The notes beneath the pieces were generated by a model. That model saw only the letters and a program-made list of their open reading frames with translations. It did not search any database and was not told where the DNA came from. Shown here one piece after another: positions 26,118 to 34,648 of a stretch of 34,648 nucleotides of DNA. The DNA is from a virus (Duplodnaviria; Caudoviricetes): the IMG/VR virus record IMGVR_UViG_3300025296_000873, positions 1-34,648 of that record. The stretch is one strand, 5' to 3'. The first letter of the stretch is position 1, and every line of letters starts with the position of its first letter. Both the position numbers and the translations under genes were made by a program.

Positions 26118-29100
26118 ATGGCTATTGGAGTACCAACCACACCATTTGGCGGCACTGCTGAACAACAGTCCAGCGATGTGTCCATTGCATTCCAAAGAGG
26201 ACTGCGTGGCCTTACGGGAACTACTGGAATAACCGCCAAAGGAATGGGTGGTGAGTTCTTAAGAACAATCGGCCTAGAAGAACAAGGTAACCAGTGGCTA
26301 AGTGATGCTTATGCCAGCGGCCTTCTCATGGGCATGGACTTGAATGAACTGGAAGAACAGTTCAAAGGCCCAAAAACATGGAGAGACATCCCCGACGCCA
26401 AGGGCGCTATCGCCTATGGTGTCAACACCCTCGCAGATCAAATGCCTACCCTCGTGGCGCAGTTTGCACCCGCAGTTGCCGCCACAGTCCTACGCAGATT
26501 CGGAGCGCCCATTCCTAAATGGGTTACACCCGCCTCCGTCATTGCCACAATAGATTGGTTAAACACATCAGAGGTTTATGCAAACCTACTCATGGAAGCA
26601 GGAGAGTCACGCCCTAAAGTTGCGGCTGGCACTGGCGCTCTCATGAGTTCACTCGATATGGTGCTCCCATTAAGGGTAGTCCACCGTATGGGTAATGGTC
26701 TGGACTTTGCCAAGTATGTAGGAAAGAAATTAAAAACCCCCCGATCTCCTTTAAGAACTGCTCTCGCTGGTGCGTTGGAGGGAGGGGCTATTGAGGGAAC
26801 TACAGAATACATTCAGACGATCTTTGAAAACATGGCCCTTAACTACGTTAAGGAAAATGATTTGTTTGCTGAGTTCTCTGCTGAACAAAGGACAGAACTA
26901 GAAGAGGCAGGAGTTAGGGGAGCCATCGTTGGTACTTTCTTGGGTGGTACTGTCTCTTACGCCCGTGCATACAAGAACGCTAAGGATAGGGCAAACCTGT
27001 ACAAGAAACTTTCGGCTTTTGAGGAAGAAACATATGTTCCGGGTGGTGGTATAGCCGGAGAGGGCTTTAGGATGAGACCCGGTGAAGTTGGTGGAGGTTT
27101 TACAGATCGCTCCATGGATCAAAGAAGGTTGCCAAATATGCCACCTTGGTTGCCTACGATGCCGGACACTAAGCTACTGACTGGCCCCATAGATATTGCA
27201 ATCGCGGATAAGATTAGAGATATAACTGAGGCACGGGCTAGAGGCCCGTGGGCCTCAAGGGATCAACACGTCGATTGGCAGATCGAAGACCATAAGAAGC
27301 TATGGGAAGCCATCCTTGTTGGTGACATGGAGACTAGTCTTAATATAGAAGATCAGGACAGCCTCCATGACCTCATTGAAAGAAAGCGCCACATGGACTG
27401 GCAACTTGAGGAAAAAAGAAGGCTTGAAGAAGCAAGGATCGCTCCCATTCTACCCGGACAACAGCGTGTCGTTGCAGTAGAAACACAGCAACGTCCCACT
27501 GAATCGGTGGTCGATCCCCTTACTGGAGAGACCCGCATTCTAGCCAAGGGGGCGGCTGAGTGGGGTGACGAACCAACAGGCGTAAGGGGCCAGAGAGCAG
27601 AAGAAGGTTGGTTTGTTAAAGATAGACACATGGTCTACGATGATAAGGGCGAAATTAAGTTAAGGAGCGAGAAGAGAGGTGGTGGCCCTGAGTCTAGAAA
27701 TGTCTACGAGAACGAAAAATATATTCTGAGAATGGAATCAGAAACCTTGGGTGCTCCGTGGATTGTTATAGATAAAGAGACAAACAGGGAAATTGATAGG
27801 AACAAAAAACAACTGGTTCTTAGGAAACAATATCGCACCGCACCTCTTGCTCAGGCAGAGTCAGTAGAGACAACAGTCGAGAAAGACGAGAAGACTAGAC
27901 TCCAATCACAAGCGCTTGAGAAGGAGATGGGAGAGCGTGGCGCTATAGACATTAAGATCAATGACAAGGTCAGGTTCGAGCGTTTCAATAAAGCGAAGGG
28001 AGAATGGGAGGTTTACCTTACACCTGCTGTCTCAAGGCCAAGTCCTTTAGCGTCTCCAGAACTCACTGGTAGAGAGCCTGTTGCTCCGGGTACAGGAGTA
28101 GTAGCTGAAACCTATACGGTTGAAGACATCTGGTTTACGAGTGGAATCAAGAGGGGCTTTCTCAAAAGGCCATCTTTTCTCACTCAAGGCAGACCAAAGA
28201 AAAAAATACAGATAGACGAGACTAAAGAAGCCTACGAAAAAAGAGAAGGCCCAGTCAGCACTGTCTACACTCTCAGAAAGGATGCGGGTGGCCCCCCACT
28301 AGAGGTCGCCGTTCCCCCCAATGACACGAATGTACGACTCGTTCGCATCTTGGGAGAAGCCCAGAAACAACCACTAACGGTTGGTGGGCCTATTGATCTA
28401 GCCGAAGCAACGCTTAGAGAAGATGAATTACTAACGTCAGAGGAGAGGCAGGAACTTTATGAAGCCACCCCCGAAGGTCAGCGCCTTGTAGAAGGAAGGG
28501 AAAGAGTAACTAACCTGAATAAATTCCGTGAACTCATGGCAGACGAAGCCTTCTATGATAGGTTCATAGGTGGTGTGGCTAACGCAGAGAGCAAGCGTTT
28601 TGAAAGTGCAGGTTACAACGTAGACAGGTACTCTGTGAAAACTGAGGAAGAGATAGAGACCTTCATAGCAAATAGTAATAAGAGCAGGACAGAACTAGGT
28701 CTACCAACAACAACACGACAGAAAGAAGAAGAGGAATTCTTTGCCCGACAGGCGGTGTTAGATTCGGAAGAGAAGCTCAACGAAATGGAGCGTCTGGCGC
28801 TGGTGAGGGCTAGTGAGGCACGTGTAGAGGGGATGGAAGCGGAGGAGATCACTGGTAGAGAAGAAGTCCCACCACCAGACGTACCCGAAGGAGAGGTAAC
28901 CGCCCCACTTACAGATGTAGAGATGGAAGGAAAGCCACCCGTTGAAGTAAAACGCAAACGTCGCAGGTGGCGAGAGTTTAAGGAATGGAAGCAACTTCTA
29001 AGGGCGGAAGAAAAGGAACTTGGAGTAAGGGCAGGTAACCTAACCAAAAAACAGATAGACGTAGTTCGCCAGAGGGAGTGGGGAGATAAGCCTGTTGGTG

Positions 29101-32100
29101 AGTTCATAGATAGCACCAAGGCGGAGCCTCTCACTAAGGAGGCTAGAACAACAATAGTTGGGAAGGCTAAAAGAGCAGTCACTAAGAGACTAGAGATTGA
29201 GGAACCACCACCCCCACGACGAGAGGTTCCTGATCATCTGGAAGGAGTTCCTGAAGGCGCTACTCTGCTAGATGTAATAGATGTAGATACGGAAGTTCTA
29301 CCAGCCCCTGAAACCCACGAAGTTAAGGTGTTGCCAAAGGTGGCTGAAGAGCATGGCCTTAATCCACAGTACTACTACCCCTATGAAGTTACTGGGTGGA
29401 CAGAGCATGGCCTGATCAGGATCAGTGGTCAACACATCCGTAAGGAAGACATCGTTGAAGTCAGGCAGTTTAAAGGAAAAGCAAAAGCCCCTCTATTAGA
29501 AGACTTTGTAGAGATAACAGACGCCAAACAGGTTTACAGAAGAGGCGCTGTCGAGGCTGAGTTTTATCTCCCCGATACTGTACCGGGAAGGGAGACAATA
29601 AGAAAAGCGTGGATAGATAACACCACTGGAATAATCGTAGTTCAGAGAGATGCTAGGACTGAGGAGGAGGCATATCCTGATTATCCCTATGACTATGAAA
29701 TCTATTTAACGTGGCACAACAAGGAAGAACACGCGCTCAAGCTAAAGGAATTGAAAGATCGGTTGCTCAATATAGAAAGGACTGTTACTGAGCGTGGGCC
29801 AATGGAGTACCCCGAAGGGCGAGAGGCAAAACCTGAAAGGAAGATGTTTCCGGGCCGTGTGAGAACTGTTTATCTTCCCAATAATAAGGAGTTCCTTACT
29901 AAAGATTACGATAAGAACTTCCGTAGATATGATATACGTGTCACTCTAAAGAAAGGTGCTCTTGATAGAATAAATAGATTAAGGGCAACAGACCCAGACA
30001 TAGAGGTTACTCCTGAACCCGTAGAGCAAATCACCACCGAACTCGCGATTGAACGGGAGAGAAGAGGTCAACGCTTGTATACAGAAGCCCAAGCAAGGAA
30101 GAGAGACGCACTTACCTTAGATGAAAACACTCTATTTGAAGTGTTCAAAGTATACGGTGAAAGGACTGAACCTATTGTTTCAGTACCAATGCCACCCAAA
30201 GAAAAGACTTATGAGGTAAAGAAAACTGGCAAAGAGGAACGTGTCTTTCTGAAACCACAGGCTCCGTTTTTAACTGGGGGTGGCCCAATTGCGGTATCTA
30301 ATGTAGTGAAAGTTGTAGCGCCGGATGGAAAGGATTACTTGATAAGACCTACGTCTGCCCTACAAGCACATGTACAGTTAGAACCAGTTCCTGAGAAGAT
30401 AGGAGTGATGGTTCCTTACGAGGTGCTTGTGGAAGAGGGGCCGACTAAAGGCGCACGTCTTATTGCCTCATTCAGAGGGAGTATCGAAGAAGAACAGAAA
30501 GCCATGGAAAAATTCATGGCTGATATGTTTATTCCCCAGACCCACGCCTTTGGAAGATTTGGTGAGGATACACAAGCCCATCTTGATGGACGAGCCGCAG
30601 TCATCAGCGAAGGTAAGGGAAAGAAGGCGATCTTAGAGTTCTTTGATGGCACGTCCATCGAAGGGACGCTAGGTAGGGTGCGTAGAAAAGCCAAGACCTT
30701 TGAACTTATTACAAGCAAGGAAGGGTGGGCTAGGGACTTGCCCATTGAAATGGACTTGCTTGGCTATGACAGAATCCAGATTGAAAGGGAAGCAACGAAG
30801 AAAGAAATCTTTAGCTTTACTGAGACGCCGATAAGTCCCAGCGATTACCAACATTCCCGTGTTGTATACGTCCCAGTCTTGGTAAGGAATGAAACGCCTA
30901 CTGCTCCACCACCAGAAGAGATTCCAATACTTGAAAAGGATAAGGTGTGGGGAGTAGAAACTAAAGTGGTGGATGTTCCAAGTAAAGAGGGAATAGATAC
31001 CCAGATCAGGCTCGATACAACTGTTACCATTACCCATAGTAAGAGGGGTAGGATGGGTCGTCAGCGCAAACAGACTGGTAAGTTTGTTGAGTTCTCTTAC
31101 CCCGAAGAGCAGTACTTCTTAGGCGGTAGGGTTAAGTTTGTATCAGATAAAAAGGGTACTCGATGGCTGTCTTTAGAGGACATCTCCTTTGTCTATGATG
31201 AGACAGAACTTGCGGCGGCGAAAGAGAAGGAACGTCTTGAGAAGAGACTCGCCACCATTGCTTCTTTAGCAGAGAAGGCTAAGGAAAAGAAGGCTAAGGC
31301 TCAGGCAGAGAAAGATAAAGCCGCACAGGCAGAGAAGGATAAAGCCGAAAAGGAAAAGAAAAAAGCAGAGACAAAACCCAAGCCTGTGAAGGGTGACGTG
31401 GAAGTATTGGACGAGGAAGGTAATGTAATATTTGAAGGTTACAAAGAAGAGGGCGCTGAAACAAAACCTAAAGGAACGGCTAAGGAAGAGGCTGGTGCGG
31501 CTATAGAAAAAAGGTTACAGGAAACTGCTGTTCGTGATACCTCTAAGGATATCACGGACGATCAAGGTAATGTACTATTTGAAGGTTACAAATTCTCCGA
31601 CGAGGTAAAGAAGAAGGTTGCGCCCGTTACGGCTGATGCCACTACTAAGGAATTAGATCAAGTAAACACTACGCCTATAGGAAACCTTCACCACCCACAG
31701 AAGTTCAAGGATAACGTGGGTTCAGAGTGGCAAGTGGTGGAACACATAGGTACGATGGATAAAACTATCCTCAAGTGGGTGGGTGGTAAGAAGCCCACCA
31801 TTGATATTACCTACGAGTTCAGTGGCAAGAGGGAGAAGAAGGAGTGGGAGAAGGGACAAGAGATTGTTGTCAACTCCAAGATTACACCCGCCGCTATATT
31901 CATCAAGGGCCATCAGCGAAAAACTATCCGGGGTAAGACAGGCGAAGTTTCTAGAATGATGGGGATTTCTACTGATAAAGGAGGGGCAAGGTACATCCCC
32001 AACTATTCTGTAATAAGACCTTTTGTTGGGGTAGATGAAAGAGGCAACGCCAACTACAACACAGGGTTAACTCCCAAGAGATTTAGAGAAGTCTTAGGAG

Positions 32101-34648
32101 CCGCCATCGGGCGCTTAAAACTTGCCCGTCTAGAAAAGGATAAGGTGCTACGCATCGTACAGAATCAGTCGGACGTTCCTGATCCACCACGTGGGTTTGG
32201 TATTAGAGCAGTGGAAAGGGACGGGATGGTATGGTTCATAACCAATAGCATTGAAGAAGAGAACATCACTGCTGTCTTTGCTCATGAGTTAGGGGTTCAC
32301 GTTGGCATCTTGAATGTGTACGGCGACCAGATTCATAGCTTTATCCTAGCCAGTGCCAGAGAGTTGAGAGACGCCGAAGGCGAGGGTGGAGGGATTTGGA
32401 CTGAGTCCTTTGCGGCGGCTGAAAGTATCTACGCTAAGATGAACGCCAACATGTCGCCAGAGGCGAAGGCAGAATTCGTAACGGAAGAGGCCATCGGTAT
32501 CTACACTGATGCGACTGACCCAATGACTGATTCATTCTGGATTAGGCTTCTGGATTGGTTGAGGCGTGGGATGGGAAGAGTCAAGATGTACCTTGGCAAG
32601 AATTTAAATGAGGCAGAGGTTGTTGCTTTCATCAGGGGTGCTATCCGTGGAACGGTTGACCGCAAGTTCGATCAGGCAAAGGTAAGGAACACAGAGCATT
32701 ACTCTGTCCTGTTTGCTGGACTCGATGACAAGTTCTTTAGCTATGTCAACGACAAGCTGAAGGACAATGATAAGGAGTGGGTTGATGGCTTGGTTGCAGG
32801 AGGCAGACACTTCAGAGAAAAAATAGGGTCGTTCTTTGACACGTTCAAATACGTGCCTTACGCCCCACTGTTCCGCTCTATTCGATCCGCTTATCAGGGA
32901 AAGTTGGGGGAAGTGTTGGAGTACGGAGAAGATGTTAAGAAACTATACACCGATCTCTCTGACCAAGATAAAGAAGAAGTGTTCAAGTACTTCACCAATG
33001 TAGATGCTACTCCAGAGATGATCTCCAATGTCAAACTACGTGAGGCGTCTGTTAAGTTTAAGAACAAGATCATGGAGATTGGAGAAGAGGCATTCAAGAA
33101 AGATATATTTCCAGAAGCAAGTCGAGCGCAGTACGAGGAGTTGCAGGGACAATACCTGCCAAGGATATTTCTTGCCCACCTGTTGACAGGGAAGAGAGGT
33201 GCTAGTCCTTTTGGTATGAAGGCCAGCCCACTGTATTGGTCAGAGACAAGGTTGGAGTTGGATGAATTGCGGAAGGAACTATTAGGAGAGGTCACCGATC
33301 CTGCCTACCTAATATACAGAGCAGTCACTGTTCCTCAGATGGACATGATTATCATCGACTATCTGCACGAGTTGTCTGAGAGGGTAGCCTTTGAGCCTAC
33401 TGAAACTATAAAGAAACTAGACGCAAGGCTCAAGGAGACGCGAGCCAAGATTAAAACTGAGAAGGACGAGGAGGTTCGTCAGCAGTGGAAGGAAGAGTTA
33501 GCGTCTCTCTTAGAAGAAAAGAAAAAGATTCCATCAGGAGAGAGAGTAGTAGCGGGTATTCCTTGGGTATTGCCCGGACAGTGGATAGTTTATAAAATCA
33601 CTGATCCACTTACGGGAAAGACAAGAAGTAAAAGGACTACTGTACATGCAATAGATGTACAACTTGAGGGTTTACGCGCAGTAGAAGGACACCCCAACAC
33701 AAAACCAGACGTAGTAAAGAAGGCAGTTGCGGAAATAGCCAAACTAGAAGCCCTTAAGAAGGAGTTCTACGATCAGATGGGTGGCTTAGACGAAGCGGCA
33801 TACTATGATAAGAATTACGACACCAAGATGTTTAGGCAGATGCCTAAAGGGAGAAGGTTTGGGTCATTGGCTGGAGTGTGGATAAGGAAAGAGATATACC
33901 AAGACATAATGGGTAACTCTTCTACTGCATTCGGAGAGCAGAACCTATTCTCCAAGATGTTCAGCCCCCATGGTAAACATGCAAAGCTAGTAGGCATATG
34001 GAAAACCCTTAAGGTTCCCATGAATCCACCCACAGTTTCACGTAACTTTGTGAACAATACAATGCTGTTGAATTTGTTTGGTAAGGTTCCCTTTCATAGG
34101 CAACCGGGATTGTTTAAAGAAAACATTCGTGAGATTTGGAAAGGAGAAAAAGGTACAACATTTAATAACTCAGATGTTGCAAACAATTATGGGTTAAAGA
34201 AAGTGTTCACCGCGTATGAGTTAGCACAACACTATGGTTTAAAGGCATCCACCATGATAGCCTCAGAAATACGTGAGTTTGAGGATATCCTATTGAGTGT
34301 AGAGAGGGATGGCATATTGTCCTTCACAATGAACGCTCAAAAGTATTGGAAGAAGGCGGCGAACTGGTCTGGAAATATGTACCAGAACCTAGAGGTGTTA
34401 GGTAAGAGTGTCTATATAGCAGACGCTTTAACACACCAGAGAGCACATCTGGAAGAGGTGCGTCAGGAGAGTGCTGGGCCAGATGGGAAACCCACCATCA
34501 CTATTGAACAAGCCGCCATCCTACGAGCCAACGAGGTACTGTTTGATTACAGTGAGGTATCTCCCACGGTTAGAGGACTGCGCTCTTCATTCTTTGGTGC
34601 GCCGTTCATTACCTACCAAACCAAAGTCATACCCCAACTTCTAAAGAC
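26118..34648 (+). CDS. Giant internal virion / polyvalent protein with a zincin-like metallopeptidase motif (3'-truncated, >2,840 aa)
   Basis: GGAG SD, start MAIGVPTTPFGG... The frame read through wherever I translated it, and the track reports no closed ORF in this frame. HELGVH at 32283-32300 plus downstream EE at 32484-32489. Ends ...ANEVLFDYSEV...GAPFITYQTK at the window edge. Confidence 0.85.
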   Translation, partial: MAIGVPTTPFGGTAEQQSSDVSIAFQRGLRGLTGTTGITAKGMGGEFLRTIGLEEQGNQWLSDAYASGLLMGMDLNELEEQFKGPKTWRDIPDAKGAIAYGVNTLADQMPTLVAQFAPAVAATVLRRFGAPIPKWVTPASVIATIDWLNTSEVYANLLMEAGESRPKVAAGTGALMSSLDMVLPLRVVHRMGNGLDFAKYVGKKLKTPRSPLRTALAGALEGGAIEGTTEYIQTIFENMALNYVKENDLFAEFSAEQRTELEEAGVRGAIVGTFLGGTVSYARAYKNAKDRANLYKKLSAFEEETYVPGGGIAGEGFRMRPGEVGGGFTDRSMDQRRLPNMPPWLPTMPDTKLLTGPIDIAIADKIRDITEARARGPWASRDQHVDWQIEDHKKLWEAILVGDMETSLNIEDQDSLHDLIERKRHMDWQLEEKRRLEEARIAPILPGQQRVVAVETQQRPTESVVDPLTGETRILAKGAAEWGDEPTGVRGQRAEEGWFVKDRHMVYDDKGEIKLRSEKRGGGPESRNVYENEKYILRMESETLGAPWIVIDKETNREIDRNKKQLVLRKQYRTAPLAQAESVETTVEKDEKTRLQSQALEKEMGERGAIDIKINDKVRFERFNKAKGEWEVYLTPAVSRPSPLASPELTGREPVAPGTGVVAETYTVEDIWFTSGIKRGFLKRPSFLTQGRPKKKIQIDETKEAYEKREGPVSTVYTLRKDAGGPPLEVAVPPNDTNVRLVRILGEAQKQPLTVGGPIDLAEATLREDELLTSEERQELYEATPEGQRLVEGRERVTNLNKFRELMADEAFYDRFIGGVANAESKRFESAGYNVDRYSVKTEEEIETFIANSNKSRTELGLPTTTRQKEEEEFFARQAVLDSEEKLNEMERLALVRASEARVEGMEAEEITGREEVPPPDVPEGEVTAPLTDVEMEGKPPVEVKRKRRRWREFKEWKQLLRAEEKELGVRAGNLTKKQIDVVRQREWGDKPVGEFIDSTKAEPLTKEARTTIVGKAKRAVTKRLEIEEPPPPRREVPDHLEGVPEGATLLDVIDVDTEVLPAPETHEVKVLPKVAEEHGLNPQYYYPYEVTGWTEHGLIRISGQHIRKEDIVEVRQFKGKAKAPLLEDFVEITDAKQVYRRGAVEAEFYLPDTVPGRETIRKAWIDNTTGIIVVQRDARTEEEAYPDYPYDYEIYLTWHNKEEHALKLKELKDRLLNIERTVTERGPMEYPEGREAKPERKMFPGRVRTVYLPNNKEFLTKDYDKNFRRYDIRVTLKKGALDRINRLRATDPDIEVTPEPVEQITTELAIERERRGQRLYTEAQARKRDALTLDENTLFEVFKVYGERTEPIVSVPMPPKEKTYEVKKTGKEERVFLKPQAPFLTGGGPIAVSNVVKVVAPDGKDYLIRPTSALQAHVQLEPVPEKIGVMVPYEVLVEEGPTKGARLIASFRGSIEEEQKAMEKFMADMFIPQTHAFGRFGEDTQAHLDGRAAVISEGKGKKAILEFFDGTSIEGTLGRVRRKAKTFELITSKEGWARDLPIEMDLLGYDRIQIEREATKKEIFSFTETPISPSDYQHSRVVYVPVLVRNETPTAPPPEEIPILEKDKVWGVETKVVDVPSKEGIDTQIRLDTTVTITHSKRGRMGRQRKQTGKFVEFSYPEEQYFLGGRVKFVSDKKGTRWLSLEDISFVYDETELAAAKEKERLEKRLATIASLAEKAKEKKAKAQAEKDKAAQAEKDKAEKEKKKAETKPKPVKGDVEVLDEEGNVIFEGYKEEGAETKPKGTAKEEAGAAIEKRLQETAVRDTSKDITDDQGNVLFEGYKFSDEVKKKVAPVTADATTKELDQVNTTPIGNLHHPQKFKDNVGSEWQVVEHIGTMDKTILKWVGGKKPTIDITYEFSGKREKKEWEKGQEIVVNSKITPAAIFIKGHQRKTIRGKTGEVSRMMGISTDKGGARYIPNYSVIRPFVGVDERGNANYNTGLTPKRFREVLGAAIGRLKLARLEKDKVLRIVQNQSDVPDPPRGFGIRAVERDGMVWFITNSIEEENITAVFAHELGVHVGILNVYGDQIHSFILASARELRDAEGEGGGIWTESFAAAESIYAKMNANMSPEAKAEFVTEEAIGIYTDATDPMTDSFWIRLLDWLRRGMGRVKMYLGKNLNEAEVVAFIRGAIRGTVDRKFDQAKVRNTEHYSVLFAGLDDKFFSYVNDKLKDNDKEWVDGLVAGGRHFREKIGSFFDTFKYVPYAPLFRSIRSAYQGKLGEVLEYGEDVKKLYTDLSDQDKEEVFKYFTNVDATPEMISNVKLREASVKFKNKIMEIGEEAFKKDIFPEASRAQYEELQGQYLPRIFLAHLLTGKRGASPFGMKASPLYWSETRLELDELRKELLGEVTDPAYLIYRAVTVPQMDMIIIDYLHELSERVAFEPTETIKKLDARLKETRAKIKTEKDEEVRQQWKEELASLLEEKKKIPSGERVVAGIPWVLPGQWIVYKITDPLTGKTRSKRTTVHAIDVQLEGLRAVEGHPNTKPDVVKKAVAEIAKLEALKKEFYDQMGGLDEAAYYDKNYDTKMFRQMPKGRRFGSLAGVWIRKEIYQDIMGNSSTAFGEQNLFSKMFSPHGKHAKLVGIWKTLKVPMNPPTVSRNFVNNTMLLNLFGKVPFHRQPGLFKENIREIWKGEKGTTFNNSDVANNYGLKKVFTAYELAQHYGLKASTMIASEIREFEDILLSVERDGILSFTMNAQKYWKKAANWSGNMYQNLEVLGKSVYIADALTHQRAHLEEVRQESAGPDGKPTITIEQAAILRANEVLFDYSEVSPTVRGLRSSFFGAPFITYQTKVIPQLLK
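31302..31592 (+). repeat. Short repeats in the charged linker of the giant ORF
   Basis: QAEKDKAA/QAEKDKAE tandem (31302-31349). DEEGNVIFEGYK (31410-31445) and DDQGNVLFEGYK (31557-31592). Confidence 0.8.

Noticed and set aside
26344-34057. Short ORFs on both strands listed across the last 8 kb
   Set aside because: They are shadows of the giant + strand ORF from 26118, which the track omitted because it has no stop in the window.
26118-34648. Giant ORF as an N4-type virion RNA polymerase, given the N4-like capsid
   Set aside because: I recognised no single-subunit RNAP motifs in the parts I read. The zincin motif fits a polyvalent/ejection protein better. The missing 3' end cannot be judged.

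Overview
34.6 kb of the virion-morphogenesis region of a tailed dsDNA phage. It is most likely an uncultured, probably aquatic, podovirus-type phage: no tape measure or sheath gene, and ejection-protein-like genes follow the tail genes. All credible genes lie on the + strand and most are translationally coupled. Order: partial membrane lipoprotein; Maf/DUF115 glycosyltransferase-like gene; three fibre genes; an AT-rich block of six 2OG-Fe(II) oxygenases plus a flavin-dependent halogenase; a Trp-repeat fibre scaffold; portal; scaffold; major capsid protein; small head genes; a GT9 glycosyltransferase; head-tail adaptor; a nozzle/tail-hub gene apparently split around an inserted spike gene; ejection proteins with a GNAT; and a >2,840-codon ORF with a zincin HExxxH motif that runs off the window and is missing from the ORF track. 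Best candidates for new biology: (1) a ten-enzyme tailoring set embedded in the virion genes, possibly a virion post-translational modification system; (2) the split nozzle gene; (3) aromatic-repeat motifs that may dock fibres; (4) a leaderless extended -10 promoter heading the oxygenase block; (5) apparent complete avoidance of CCWGG, GCWGC and GGWCC. All family calls come from motif recognition by eye, not database searches.
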